Source: an uncultured Candidatus Saccharibacteria bacterium (lineage in GTDB: Bacteria > Patescibacteriota > Doudnabacteria > UBA920). From it: a stretch of DNA of 64,000 nt. The translations under genes and the position numbers were made by a program. The notes below the pieces were generated by a model. It had not been told where the DNA came from. It saw only the letters and a program-made list of their open reading frames with translations, and did no database searches. Below, one piece after another: positions 9,964 through 19,766 of this stretch. Within the stretch, counting starts at the first letter, position 1, and each line of letters starts with the position of its first letter. Location of the stretch: positions 5,094 through 69,093 of the forward strand of contig CAZGEB010000002.1 of assembly GCA_964524915.1 (NCBI GenBank), in the 5' to 3' direction.

Positions 9964-10266
9964 TTATTCTTTTTCTGTTTTTGCTCCAGATGGCAAAAAT
10001 CTTCCAAGCCACACAGAAACCAAAGCAGCGATAACAGTTATCAATGCAGCATAACCGATTTCTCCTACCAAAGAATCACCATGGAAAAATCTTTCAAACA
10101 AATGATGCAAAGCTTTGTCCCAAGCGAGAGCAGCAATGAGTCCCACCGCAGCAATAACTAAAAAAATAATCCTTTGCATCACACTCAAATACACATGCCT
10201 GACTTCATGCTTTTCCAAAAACTTCTCTAGTTCTGCGACTATGATTTTCTGCTCACTATCCAACAT
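9964..10266 (-). CDS. hypothetical small membrane protein
   Basis: 100 aa with two predicted TM helices (IIFLVIAAVGLIAALA, YAALITVIAALVSVWL). Confidence 0.45.
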   Translation of the reverse strand: MLDSEQKIIVAELEKFLEKHEVRHVYLSVMQRIIFLVIAAVGLIAALAWDKALHHLFERFFHGDSLVGEIGYAALITVIAALVSVWLGRFLPSGAKTEKE

Positions 10267-10299
10267 AAAAAATTAATATTTTACCTCCGTGCTATTCTT

Positions 10300-10509
10300 T
10301 TAATCTTCTAGATCCCCAAGAGTGCTTGTGGGGCTGGCTGTTATCTCTTTATGGCCGCCAAAACTAGGCCACTTTGCTTTAACCGAAACTCCAGTTTGTT
10401 TAGCTAATTCAATCAATTTTTGAGCAAAGTTTTTAAAACTATCATCATAGCCAAACTCAATTTCAGCGGATAATCCACTAACCTTCATATATATTATAGA
10501 AAATAGCAA
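10300..10509 (-). CDS. hypothetical protein
   Basis: 69-aa ORF immediately upstream of tRNA-Lys. No motif. Confidence 0.3.
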   Translation of the reverse strand: MLFSIIYMKVSGLSAEIEFGYDDSFKNFAQKLIELAKQTGVSVKAKWPSFGGHKEITASPTSTLGDLED

Positions 10510-10510
10510 A

Positions 10511-10588
10511 TGGTGGGTTCGCCGGGGATCGAACCCGGGACCGTTGGCTTAAGAGGCCACTGCTCTACCAGCTGAGCTACGAACCCGC
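10511..10588 (-). tRNA. tRNA-Lys (anticodon CTT), CCA encoded
   Basis: Reverse complement GCGGGTTCGTAGCTCAGCTGGTAGAGCAGTGGC-CTCTTAA-GCCAACGGTCCCGGGTTCGATCCCCGGCGAACCCACCA. Cloverleaf with a G27:A43 mismatch; anticodon loop CTCTTAA. Confidence 0.85.
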
Positions 10589-10792
10589 AAAATACAATAC
10601 CAAAATCAATAATTCAAAATAACTATTCCCAATATTCAAAAACCCACCGTCTTTATACTACTCCAATACAACAAACAGGAAAATTTTATCGCACGAACCT
10701 GGCTAGTCGCCCGAAGATTTAACGTAAATCGTGGTTACACCACCAGAGAGCTTTACAGGGTGGCTGTGCCACCCGGAGCTTTAGCGTAGGGT

Positions 10793-10867
10793 GGTGGGTT
10801 CGCCGGGGATCGAACCCGGGACCGTCTCCTTAAAAGGGAGCTGCTCTACCGACTGAGCTACGAACCC
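10793..10867 (-). tRNA. tRNA-Lys (anticodon TTT), CCA encoded
   Basis: Reverse complement GGGTTCGTAGCTCAGTCGGTAGAGCAGCTCC-CTTTTAA-GGAGACGGTCCCGGGTTCGATCCCCGGCGAACCCACCA. Same G27:A43 mismatch as its neighbour. Confidence 0.85.
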
Positions 10868-10976
10868 AAAACGTACAGACAGATACTTCAATATTTTACC
10901 TATATTTCAAAATATTTTCAAGTGGTCTGTCAATTTGCCAAGAACGCCCCAAAAGACTACACTTATATCATAAATC

Positions 10977-11429
10977 TTGATAATTATTCATTTTATGGAA
11001 AATACCAACCCAGCCCAAACCCCACAATCCCCAATGGAAGAAAAAACTTGGAGGCAATGGATTCCCCTAGGCATCCTCATCGTGGCAGCCGCTCTCATAG
11101 GCTGGCAATTAGGCAAGCCTACCACCAAGGATATGAATGACAAAAATAAAGAGCAAACCAGCTCTGTGCAAACCACTCAAAAAGAAGAAAGCATTCAAAA
11201 ACCCAGCTCTGGCAGTCAAAGCATTCAAGGCGATCAATTAAAACTGGAAGGCGTAATGCTCCCATCCAAAGAACCCAAGCGCGGCAATGTAGTACTGCAA
11301 TCAGGCGACCAAATTATTTACCTCTGGACCAGCCGTGACATTGGTCAATTCATCGACAAAGAAGTCACCGTGACCGGCACAGGCAGCATCACTAGTTTTA
11401 AAATTTCTAGCATTGAATTAAAAAAATAA
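10977..11429 (+). CDS. hypothetical membrane-anchored protein
   Basis: N-terminal TM helix (WIPLGILIVAAALIGW) then a Ser/Gln-rich linker and a beta-rich C-terminus. Start may be at 10995. Confidence 0.45.
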   Translation: MIIIHFMENTNPAQTPQSPMEEKTWRQWIPLGILIVAAALIGWQLGKPTTKDMNDKNKEQTSSVQTTQKEESIQKPSSGSQSIQGDQLKLEGVMLPSKEPKRGNVVLQSGDQIIYLWTSRDIGQFIDKEVTVTGTGSITSFKISSIELKK

Positions 11430-11447
11430 AAAACATTTATAGATAAA

Positions 11448-12377
11448 ATGCAAAATTTCGTACCCCAATCCACCGGCGATTTCGAGCTTTTAGATTCAGG
11501 CATGTCCATGCGCCTAGAGAAATGGGGGCAGTATACTTTGTCACGCCCAGACCCACAAGCCATTTGGCAACCTTCTCTTCCCAAAGAAGAATGGGAAAAA
11601 GCTGATGCGGTTTTTGACGATGGCTGGAAAATAAAAAATAAAATCCAGCAACCTTGGGTGTATAAGTACAACCTCTCTGCCCCAATCAAAGCATCGGGGC
11701 ATCTCCCCTCACAAGGAGAGAGTATAAGGTTGTTCGCAAGGCTCACGGCTTTTAAACACACTGGTATTTTTCCAGAGCAAGCCTACAACTGGCAATGGCT
11801 TTCCCACAAGCTAAAAGCTATAAGCTATAAGCTAAAAATCCTCAACCTCTTCGCTTACACAGGTGCTACCACTTGTCTACTAGCTAGCCTTGGCTGCCAG
11901 GTAACTCATGTTGATGCATCAAAACCCTCTATTGAGTGGGCGAAAAATAATGCGAAGCTGAATAATCTCCCAGAAGATAGTATCCGCTGGATTTTAGATG
12001 ATGCGGCCAAGTTTGTAAAAAGAGAAATTAGGCGTGGGGCCGAGTACGACGGCATCATCATGGACCCGCCTGCTTTTGGGCACTCCCCTAGTGGTAAAAC
12101 TTGGAAATTTTCAGAAAATTTACCAGAACTGCTTTCCGATTGCATAAAGCTCTTGAGCCCACATGCACAATTTTTGATAATCAATGCCTACGCCACCAAC
12201 ACTTCTAGCATTGCGCTACAAAATTTATTAGAAGACAGCTTGCCCCCTCCCCTTCTGAGGGGAGGGTTGGGGAGGGGTGGTATTGAATCAGGCGAACTTT
12301 TACTTGAGCAAAAAAATAAACGCCTGCTATCCACAGGCATTCTCGCTAGATGGTCAAAACACACTAATCACAACTAA
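11448..12377 (+). CDS. class I SAM-dependent methyltransferase (RlmI/RlmK-like rRNA methyltransferase fold)
   Basis: FAYTGATTCLLASLGCQVTHVDASK...DGIIMDPPAFG. Carries an in-frame heptamer repeat (11806-11835) and a GC-rich palindromic insertion (12241-12290). Confidence 0.7.
   Translation: MQNFVPQSTGDFELLDSGMSMRLEKWGQYTLSRPDPQAIWQPSLPKEEWEKADAVFDDGWKIKNKIQQPWVYKYNLSAPIKASGHLPSQGESIRLFARLTAFKHTGIFPEQAYNWQWLSHKLKAISYKLKILNLFAYTGATTCLLASLGCQVTHVDASKPSIEWAKNNAKLNNLPEDSIRWILDDAAKFVKREIRRGAEYDGIIMDPPAFGHSPSGKTWKFSENLPELLSDCIKLLSPHAQFLIINAYATNTSSIALQNLLEDSLPPPLLRGGLGRGGIESGELLLEQKNKRLLSTGILARWSKHTNHN
12241..12290. repeat. GC-rich palindromic element (ccccctcccc-ttctg-aggggaggg-tt-ggggagggg) in frame in methyltransferase CDS
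   Basis: Reverse orientation of the CCCTCCCCTCAGAAGGGGAGGGG core. Encodes PPPLLRGGLGRGG. Confidence 0.6.
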
Positions 12378-12387
12378 TCCTTATCAC

Positions 12388-13662
12388 ATGACAGAGTTGT
12401 TGACGTTCACACAAGAATTATCCACCTCGGAGTGGAAGACCCAATTCCAAAAGGCAGCCAGAACCATTACCGACTTACGGGGTTATTTCAATTTTACCGA
12501 AGCAGAAATTCAAGAGATGAGTGAGACACTCAAAAATACTAGGATGAACATAACTCCTTATTTACTGAGTCTAATTGAAGTAGACACCAATTTAAAAATC
12601 AAACCTAACGATCCTATTTGGCTACAATATGGTCCGTCCAAAATAGAAGCAAATATCTATGATAAAGAGCAAACATGGGAAAGACGGGCAGAGATGTTTG
12701 CGAGTGGACTTGATAATGAGACATTATCTCAAGATTTAGAGCAAGAAGACTTTTTAGGACAACACAAATACCCAGACAAAGTAGTCATACGAATTGCCCA
12801 CCATTGCGGGGCGTATTGTAGATTCTGCTACGAAAGAAGGCGAACCCTAGAGCAAAATCCACCCAGTACTTCCAGAAAAGCACTGGAGCAAGCAGTGCAA
12901 TATTTACAAACTCACCCAGGAGTGAGAGAGGTTATCCTATCAGGTGGAGATCCGCTTGCACTACCCGATAATGCGATTGAAACATGGATTACAAGTTTCA
13001 GCAAAATAAGCACCATAGAATCAGTGCGTATTCATACTAGAATGTTAGCGCAAAACCCATATCGCACTACCCCAGAGCTGATTGAGATTTTAAAAAACAA
13101 TGGAGTTAAGTGGATAAACGTACAAGTTAATCATCCTAAGGAGATCACCGACGAATTTCTTTGTGCCGTAAAAAATATCAAAAAAAATGGTATCATCGTC
13201 AAAACAGAAAGCCCCATTATTCATAGACTAAACGACGACCCTGAGATTCTGGCAACACTAATTAAACTGTGTCGCAGACATGGTATACAACATCATCATT
13301 GGTTTCATTCTATGCCAAGCACCCCCGTAGAAATGCGCACCTCCATAGAAAAGGCCATATTGTTGTTCCAAAAAACAAAAAAACTATTGGGTATACGCTG
13401 GAATTCATCGGAGCTGGGAGACCTAGTAATCCCACACCCTGACGGCAAGCGAACAGTTCCTTGGGAAGAAATTAACATTGACACCACCCTGCCAAGAGAA
13501 AAATGGGGGACACAAAATTTTCAGTTTACAACTAACAATGATGGTAAACCTATTATAAAATTTACTTCTTGGAATTCACATCAAACAGAACTGCAGGAAT
13601 ACCTAGACCCTAACATAAATCTATACGATATTAGCAAAAGCGATTTTATCGGTTTACTTTAA
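12388..13662 (+). CDS. KamA-family radical SAM protein (lysine 2,3-aminomutase / EpmB-like)
   Basis: CGAYCRFCYER is the KamA-type CX3CX2C cluster. The 12277 ORF start overlaps the upstream gene, so the start is taken at ATG 12388. Confidence 0.75.
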   Translation: MTELLTFTQELSTSEWKTQFQKAARTITDLRGYFNFTEAEIQEMSETLKNTRMNITPYLLSLIEVDTNLKIKPNDPIWLQYGPSKIEANIYDKEQTWERRAEMFASGLDNETLSQDLEQEDFLGQHKYPDKVVIRIAHHCGAYCRFCYERRRTLEQNPPSTSRKALEQAVQYLQTHPGVREVILSGGDPLALPDNAIETWITSFSKISTIESVRIHTRMLAQNPYRTTPELIEILKNNGVKWINVQVNHPKEITDEFLCAVKNIKKNGIIVKTESPIIHRLNDDPEILATLIKLCRRHGIQHHHWFHSMPSTPVEMRTSIEKAILLFQKTKKLLGIRWNSSELGDLVIPHPDGKRTVPWEEINIDTTLPREKWGTQNFQFTTNNDGKPIIKFTSWNSHQTELQEYLDPNINLYDISKSDFIGLL

Positions 13663-13747
13663 TAATCAGACACATTTACTCACAAACCTCTGTTTTTAAT
13701 AAAAAAAATAATACTCCCACCTATAAGCTATAAACTATAAGCTAATT

Positions 13748-14293
13748 CTACACTTCTTGTCTGTTTGCCACAAATCGGCCAAACACGACCAGGAAAATCA
13801 CAGGAGAGACCAACCAAAAAACTTTTGCCCCTGCATACAAAAACACTTGTTGTACCAAAGGTGCAAACCCGTCCCTTACAGGCCCAGGCAAATAACCCAA
13901 AACTATACTTGTCAGCAAGCCGACCTGCAAAACCGAAAAAATAATTATAAAAATCAACCCCACCCCCCTGCCTTCAGCCGAAAGCTTGAAAGCGTGCTTG
14001 GAAAGTGCTAGAAAAATTATCACGAACAAAACCCCAAACACTACTAAATTTTGCAAATCCCCATCTGCGACTGACAGTCTTTCTGCCACCATTTTGTGCA
14101 ACCATGGCACCTCAAGAGCAAGCAACCTGGATACATAAATAGCAATCAAAAGCCCAAGCACTCTTCCCCTACCAGCAGAAAATGCATAGAGAATAGAAAC
14201 ACCCAGCCACCCCAAAAGAATAAATAGGCTCCAAGAAGGCTGGCTCCAATTAAAACCCCTCACTAAATTTTCAACATGACTAAAATCCAACAT
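13748..14293 (-). CDS. CvpA-family membrane protein
   Basis: 181 aa with four TM segments, resembling CvpA (colicin V production) topology. Confidence 0.55.
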   Translation of the reverse strand: MLDFSHVENLVRGFNWSQPSWSLFILLGWLGVSILYAFSAGRGRVLGLLIAIYVSRLLALEVPWLHKMVAERLSVADGDLQNLVVFGVLFVIIFLALSKHAFKLSAEGRGVGLIFIIIFSVLQVGLLTSIVLGYLPGPVRDGFAPLVQQVFLYAGAKVFWLVSPVIFLVVFGRFVANRQEV

Positions 14294-14354
14294 AAATATA
14301 TTATACCATTAATTTAGTGGTATAATATATTTGTATTATTAAAATAAATAAAGT

Positions 14355-14669
14355 ATGAGAAAAATCCTACTCACTGGTGGAGTTGTGATAGCGGCATTGC
14401 TCGCATTTATCACAATGAACGCCAAAAGATCCCAAAGTCCAACCGATTTGGTGGACCAGAACATGACAAACAATAGCAGAGCAGAAGCTGTTATCCCAAA
14501 CTCACCATCCACCGGCAACCCTGTGGATGACGTGGCCCAAGCTATCAGCAACGAGACCGAAGCTGAAAATAAAATCGCAAGCGAGGCTGAAGTCGCCCCA
14601 GCAGACTTCACAGCTGAAGTTACAGAAACTAATGCTATAAATAATTTCTATGATGCAAATAAATTCTAA
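14355..14669 (+). CDS. hypothetical secreted/anchored small protein
   Basis: Signal-anchor MRKILLTGGVVIAALLAFITM followed by an acidic tail. Confidence 0.4.
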   Translation: MRKILLTGGVVIAALLAFITMNAKRSQSPTDLVDQNMTNNSRAEAVIPNSPSTGNPVDDVAQAISNETEAENKIASEAEVAPADFTAEVTETNAINNFYDANKF

Positions 14670-15462
14670 AATTATATTTTCAGCAACTCTAGTTGCTAGT
14701 CTTTCTTTGGTTTTTCCAGTTTCAGCAGCCCAGGCAAAATTAGAAGGCCCTGAAACCAATAGGCCAACCACGACCAAAGAAGCCATTTCAACAAATAAAG
14801 ATACAGCCAAAGAAGCAGCTGGAAATTTTTGTACCAGATTTAGCACAGAACACACAAATCTAGAATCAAAATTAGCAGAAAAGGAACAAGAGCTAAACAC
14901 CCGACGCCAAGAAAGAGCGGAGAAAACTATTGAAAAAAGAGAAACTAGAGATGAAAAGTTGGACAGTGTGAGAGATCAGGGAGATACACAAAGAGAAGCT
15001 AATTTTACCAAGCTCCTAGAAAAAGCTGACACCGACGCCAAGAAAGCTGCGGTAGAAGCCTACAAAAAGACTATCCAAGATGCTATAACAAAAAGACGCA
15101 CCGCAGTAGATGCAGCACTCAAAACTTTTCGCGATGGCGTAAATGCTGCAGCAGTCACCCACAAAGCTGCGGTAGACAAAGCCATAGAAACTCTCAAAAC
15201 CGCAACTGATGCAGCTACCACAAAAGCCGCCGCTGACTGTGCAGCAAACGTCCCCCCCACCACAGTTAGACAGACTTTCATGAAATCTATGGAAGCTGCC
15301 AGAAAAGCTTTTCAGACAGCTAGAAATTCCACTTCAAACCCAGGCAAGAAAGTAGAAGAGCTTGCTAAAGCTAAAAATGCCAGCATCAAAGCTGCTTTTG
15401 ATGAATTTAGAACCACTGCAGAAAAAGCTCGCGCCACCCTCAAAACTGCTTTCGGAATGTAA
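14650..15462 (+). CDS. hypothetical secreted coiled-coil protein (contains a C7 homopolymer tract)
   Basis: Signal peptide ...FPVSAAQA followed by Lys/Ala/Glu-rich helical repeats. C7 run at 15252-15258 encodes VPPTT. Confidence 0.5.
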   Translation: MMQINSKIIFSATLVASLSLVFPVSAAQAKLEGPETNRPTTTKEAISTNKDTAKEAAGNFCTRFSTEHTNLESKLAEKEQELNTRRQERAEKTIEKRETRDEKLDSVRDQGDTQREANFTKLLEKADTDAKKAAVEAYKKTIQDAITKRRTAVDAALKTFRDGVNAAAVTHKAAVDKAIETLKTATDAATTKAAADCAANVPPTTVRQTFMKSMEAARKAFQTARNSTSNPGKKVEELAKAKNASIKAAFDEFRTTAEKARATLKTAFGM

Positions 15463-15532
15463 AATATATAAAAAATATGTTTAAAAAGCCCAACTTTTAA
15501 AGCTGGACTTTTTTTATTAGAGAGGTTATTTT

Positions 15533-16264
15533 TTAAGTCAATGAAATATTATATTTTTGAAGAGCCTTTTGTAGTTCGTCCCAACGAATCGGCATATTGT
15601 GATTATCTTTCAAATCCAAAGCTATCGGATAAATCAACTTTGCTATTTCTACAGCCTTGTCTTTTTCCCCAATTTGCAAAAACACCAAAGCCAACCTAGC
15701 TAGGTTTCCACTATGAACAACCTTCTGATGCCAGCCCCGAAGTTCAGTTTTACCACTCGTCATCTCTACAGCTTTTTCTAAATTAGAAACCCCCTCTTCT
15801 ATTTTCCCATCAAAAGCTTGCGCCTTGCCTAATTGACTTAAATACTCCGCATACTCTCCAGGCTTTTCTTTTTCAATATCACCCAAGTTTTGGATGGCTT
15901 TTTCCATCTCCCCCAAAGCTTCTGGATATTTTTTATAATGAAAAAAGTAATCCCCTGCTCGCAAATGCATCACCGCCACTGCCTGGCCAGACAATTTTAA
16001 ATCTACTGCCAACTGAAGCCCTGCAGCTGTGACTCCATGCATCAAGTGTAGATAAAACTCCTGCCCAGTTTTTGTAAATTGATCTTTGAAAATCAGTAAC
16101 TGATGCCAGTAAGCATTCACTGCCAAAACACCATCTTTTTTCAAAGCAGCATCAAGTAAAGCTTTTTGACTCAAAAGTAAAGCCTGGTCAATATCCCCAG
16201 ACTCCCTCGCCTTTTCTAATGGCTCAAAATATTGTACGTAATCCATATAAAACAAGGATACCAA
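15533..16264 (-). CDS. hypothetical protein with TPR-like helical repeats
   Basis: 243 aa with repeated A..Y/L..A helical patterning. No catalytic motif seen. Confidence 0.45.
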   Translation of the reverse strand: MVSLFYMDYVQYFEPLEKARESGDIDQALLLSQKALLDAALKKDGVLAVNAYWHQLLIFKDQFTKTGQEFYLHLMHGVTAAGLQLAVDLKLSGQAVAVMHLRAGDYFFHYKKYPEALGEMEKAIQNLGDIEKEKPGEYAEYLSQLGKAQAFDGKIEEGVSNLEKAVEMTSGKTELRGWHQKVVHSGNLARLALVFLQIGEKDKAVEIAKLIYPIALDLKDNHNMPIRWDELQKALQKYNISLT

Positions 16265-16299
16265 AATATGATTTTCCTAGCAAATGCTATACTAAGCTC

Positions 16300-17166
16300 A
16301 TGGGCATATTTTATGCAATTTTAGCTATGCTTTCTTGGGGTGGTGGAGATTTTTTAATAGAAAGATCTAGCAGAAAATTTGGCGCGCCCTTGGCACTTTT
16401 TTATGTGACTGCAGTCGGAAGCCTCATAACACTACCTTTTATATACAAAGATTTATGGAGCATCCTGCAAAATCCACCCGCGAGCTTGATGGTGTTACTT
16501 CTAGCCTCTATCATCACCCTCTTCGCCTCCATAATAGACTTTGAGGCATTAAGAATTGGCAAGCTTTCAGTGGTAGAACCAGTTTACGCCACAGAAGTTT
16601 TTGTGACCATAGTTTTAAGTACTGTAATCATTCAAGAAATAATTTCTAAAGGACAAATCATCTTGGTCATTCTTTTAATGCTTGGGGTGGCCATGGTCTC
16701 ACTGAAATCCTTACGCCGCCTCAAAAAAGTTTTTCTAGAAAAAGGCGTGGGCCTAGCATTTCTTTCTGCTATCCTAATGGGCTTTACCAATTTCTTTGTA
16801 GGTTACAGTTCCAGACTCACCTCACCTCTACTTACTCATTGGTTCACCTGTACAATAATTGCTGTGGCAATGCTGATATATTTGTGGAAAAACAAAGCAT
16901 ACAAAAAGATATTAGGCTCAATAAAAAATAATGCCTTACTCATTACATCCGTTGGCATACTAGATACTCTAGCCTGGGTCAGTTTTTCTTATAGTGCCAT
17001 ACTAATACCCATAGCCATAGCCACCGCAATTTCGGAAAGCTATATAGCCATTGCCGCCATATTGGGACTCGCTCTAAACAAAGAAAAACTAAAAAAACAC
17101 CAAAAACTTGGTGTTTTCATAGCTATCATCTCCGCCATTTTCCTGGCTTATTTATCGGAAAAGTAA
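16300..17166 (+). CDS. DMT-superfamily (EamA-like) transporter
   Basis: About ten TM helices starting MGIFYAILAMLSWGGGDFL. Start moved to 16300 to avoid overlap with the upstream minus-strand gene. Confidence 0.65.
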   Translation: MGIFYAILAMLSWGGGDFLIERSSRKFGAPLALFYVTAVGSLITLPFIYKDLWSILQNPPASLMVLLLASIITLFASIIDFEALRIGKLSVVEPVYATEVFVTIVLSTVIIQEIISKGQIILVILLMLGVAMVSLKSLRRLKKVFLEKGVGLAFLSAILMGFTNFFVGYSSRLTSPLLTHWFTCTIIAVAMLIYLWKNKAYKKILGSIKNNALLITSVGILDTLAWVSFSYSAILIPIAIATAISESYIAIAAILGLALNKEKLKKHQKLGVFIAIISAIFLAYLSEK

Positions 17167-17215
17167 AAATCAAATTGGGGTTTTTTAAATGAAGCATCCA
17201 AGCAAAGTAAACACA

Positions 17216-17890
17216 TTATCGCTTTACCGCCTTTATTAACATAAAAGCTGGGTATTTGTCGTTGTTTACTCTTTCAGCATTTGAAGGATCATACTTTTCA
17301 TCATAATCAATCAAATCAAAGTGCGATAAAAAATATGGGCTGAAAAACTCTGAAAATGTATGGCTTGGTTCGTGAACCACAAGCTTGCCACCAAACAGAA
17401 CAGAATGCACTAACTCTTTTTTGAAAAAATCTTTCCCATTCTTTTTCTTTTCCATAAACTGACGGATTGGATGCACAACCACAAAACAAAACACGCCCCC
17501 TTTTTTCAACACACGAAAAACTTCCTTGTAAGTTGGGTCTAAAGTTTTGGAGGTTTGAAATACATATTTACTAGCTACATAATCGAAGAAATTATTCCTG
17601 AAGGGTACTTTTTCATTTTTTGCTACCACCAACTCTGACCCTGGCAATCTTTTCTTGGCAAGCTCTATCATTTCCCTTGACACATCAACGCCATATACTT
17701 TAGCACCAGCAGTTTGAAAATTTTTCAGATCAATAGCATCACCACAACCTAGATCCAATATTTTTTTACCTTTCATCCCTGAAAGCAGTCGCGGATAATA
17801 AGCAGCATTTGTTATCTTGTCCAATTTGGAATGCAACAAAGAAAACTTACCTGCAATTTTATCGTATTGTTTAAGCTCTTCTAATTTCAT
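17216..17890 (-). CDS. class I SAM-dependent methyltransferase
   Basis: Motif I ILDLGCGDAID; post-I VYGVDVS; FDYVAS. Confidence 0.75.
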   Translation of the reverse strand: MKLEELKQYDKIAGKFSLLHSKLDKITNAAYYPRLLSGMKGKKILDLGCGDAIDLKNFQTAGAKVYGVDVSREMIELAKKRLPGSELVVAKNEKVPFRNNFFDYVASKYVFQTSKTLDPTYKEVFRVLKKGGVFCFVVVHPIRQFMEKKKNGKDFFKKELVHSVLFGGKLVVHEPSHTFSEFFSPYFLSHFDLIDYDEKYDPSNAERVNNDKYPAFMLIKAVKR

Positions 17891-18474
17891 AATTTTACTG
17901 GCTTACCTTTTACTTTTACCACCTTCGATCTTTTGCCCAGACACGTAAACTGTACTAGACTTTTTGGTCTTATGCCAGTCTCGTTCTCTATTCTGTCTAT
18001 ACCAGCATACTCCTCTTTGTCAGCTAGGCATATAATATCCAGAATGTTAATTTTATGCTTTCGTAGCAGTTTAACCATCGATATTATAGTACCACCTGTA
18101 TCAATCAGATCTTCAACCAATACCACATTATCGCCTTTCTTACACCCCAACAGATACATCTTGCCTTCCGTATAAGCGTTTCTAAAATCTACTCCTATTT
18201 TAGCTTTCAAATGCGGAGGATTCCATTTCACCATCCCTAGTGATTTCTTTTGTGCATAAGCAATAAGAGCAGCCACAAAGCCACCCCTATCCTCCTCACC
18301 AACAATCTTGTTGGCTTTATAAAAACTAGTTAGCCCTGAAAGCTCTTTAACCACATCGCTTAATAATGCATAGGTCGCATCAGGGCTATGATCGGTAATT
18401 GGATTGACTAAATAATTGTGCCCACCAACCTTTACGATCTTTTGATTATTAAAAGCTTTAATTACTTCTTTCAT
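17887..18474 (-). CDS. phosphoribosyltransferase-family protein (purine PRTase-like)
   Basis: PRPP-binding loop VVLVEDLIDTGGTI. Confidence 0.65.
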   Translation of the reverse strand: MKEVIKAFNNQKIVKVGGHNYLVNPITDHSPDATYALLSDVVKELSGLTSFYKANKIVGEEDRGGFVAALIAYAQKKSLGMVKWNPPHLKAKIGVDFRNAYTEGKMYLLGCKKGDNVVLVEDLIDTGGTIISMVKLLRKHKINILDIICLADKEEYAGIDRIENETGIRPKSLVQFTCLGKRSKVVKVKGKPVKL

Positions 18475-18555
18475 GGATTGCTTGTTCTTTCATCCCAGCA
18501 GAAGATCTGTTATGTCCCCTCCGGGATTACTAAAATTATACCGCCATTATAAAAA

Positions 18556-19725
18556 CTAAAATCCTTCTTTCACGCTTTCCCAAAAACCTTTATCTACTTC
18601 CACGCTTTCACCACGCAACTTTGCGAGCTCTGACAAGAGCTCTTTTTCTTTTTTAGATAATTTATTTGGCACCAAAACTCGCACCGTCAAAAACAAGTCG
18701 CCCTTTTTAGAAGAATTGACATGCGGCACACCCTTGCCAGAAACTTTTAGCACTGTCTCACTTTGCGTACCAGCAGGAACTTTGATTTCGATCTTTCCGT
18801 CAATGGTATCCAGCTGAATTTTGGAGCCCAAAGTTGCCTGCAAAAAGCTCACTGGTAAATTTTTATACAAATCAAATCCATCCCTACGAAAATCTTTGGA
18901 CTCTTGTACTTTTACGTTTATAAATAAATCTCCAAAATGAGAACCCTTGTAGCCCACTTCTCCCTCTCCTTGCATACGAATTCTTTGACCATTATCAATA
19001 CCTGCCGGAATATTTACTTCCAAAGTTTTAGTACGACGAAGAGCGCCTCTACCACCACAAACAGAGCAAGGCACTTCAGGTATTTTTCCATCCCCTTCGC
19101 ACTTATCACACTGAGTAGCCTGTTGCATCACCCCAAAAACCGTTCGCCTTTGTGTCAAAATCTGCCCCTGGCCATGACACTTTGAACAAGTTACGACTTT
19201 GGTGTCTGGCGCAGCCCCGCTCCCATTACATACATTGCAAGCGTCAGTTTTTTCCAGAGAAATGGTTTTCGTCACTCCATGCATGGATTCTTCAAAGCTG
19301 ATAGAAATAGGCATTTCCAAATCCACGCCACGCTGCCTGCGAGATTGACGCGACTGTCCTCCCCCAAAGAGATCAGAAAAAATATCTCCGAAATCTCCGC
19401 CAAAGGCGGATCCTCCTTGAGCGGAAAAATCACCAAACCCAAATCCTTCAAATGGATTGCCACCACCAAAACCGCCAAAGCCTGACCCGCCAGCCCCACC
19501 CCCGCGTGAAGCTTGGTCAAAAGTCTGCCCGTATGTATCATACTGCTGCTTTTTAGTGGCGTCTGACAAAACCTGGTAAGCCTCGTTTACTTCTTTAAAC
19601 TTCTCCTCGTTGCCAGTGCCTTTGTCGGGATGAAATTCATGCGCCTTTTTTCTATAGGCACGTTTAATTTCATCCGCCGAAGCAGACTTTGTAACTCCTA
19701 GAATTGAATATAAATCTTTAGCCAT
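18556..19725 (-). CDS. dnaJ: chaperone DnaJ
   Basis: J-domain with HPD, a Gly/Phe-rich region, and four CxxCxGxG repeats. Confidence 0.95.
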   Translation of the reverse strand: MAKDLYSILGVTKSASADEIKRAYRKKAHEFHPDKGTGNEEKFKEVNEAYQVLSDATKKQQYDTYGQTFDQASRGGGAGGSGFGGFGGGNPFEGFGFGDFSAQGGSAFGGDFGDIFSDLFGGGQSRQSRRQRGVDLEMPISISFEESMHGVTKTISLEKTDACNVCNGSGAAPDTKVVTCSKCHGQGQILTQRRTVFGVMQQATQCDKCEGDGKIPEVPCSVCGGRGALRRTKTLEVNIPAGIDNGQRIRMQGEGEVGYKGSHFGDLFINVKVQESKDFRRDGFDLYKNLPVSFLQATLGSKIQLDTIDGKIEIKVPAGTQSETVLKVSGKGVPHVNSSKKGDLFLTVRVLVPNKLSKKEKELLSELAKLRGESVEVDKGFWESVKEGF

Positions 19726-19736
19726 AGCTCAACCTT

Positions 19737-19762
19737 ATAGGTTATACCTGATACCTTATAGA
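19737..19762. repeat. left inverted repeat flanking the four-helix-bundle gene
   Basis: taggttatacctgataccttatagaa. Its reverse complement ttctataaggtatcaggtataaccta matches the right flank acctataaggtataaggtatccc. Confidence 0.5.
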
Positions 19763-19766
19763 ATAA

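Noticed and set aside
14355-15462. Secreted coiled-coil proteins as a possible toxin or effector pair
   Set aside because: There is only a signal peptide plus low-complexity helical sequence, and no catalytic or delivery domain is recognisable. Reported only as hypothetical, with the poly-C tract noted.
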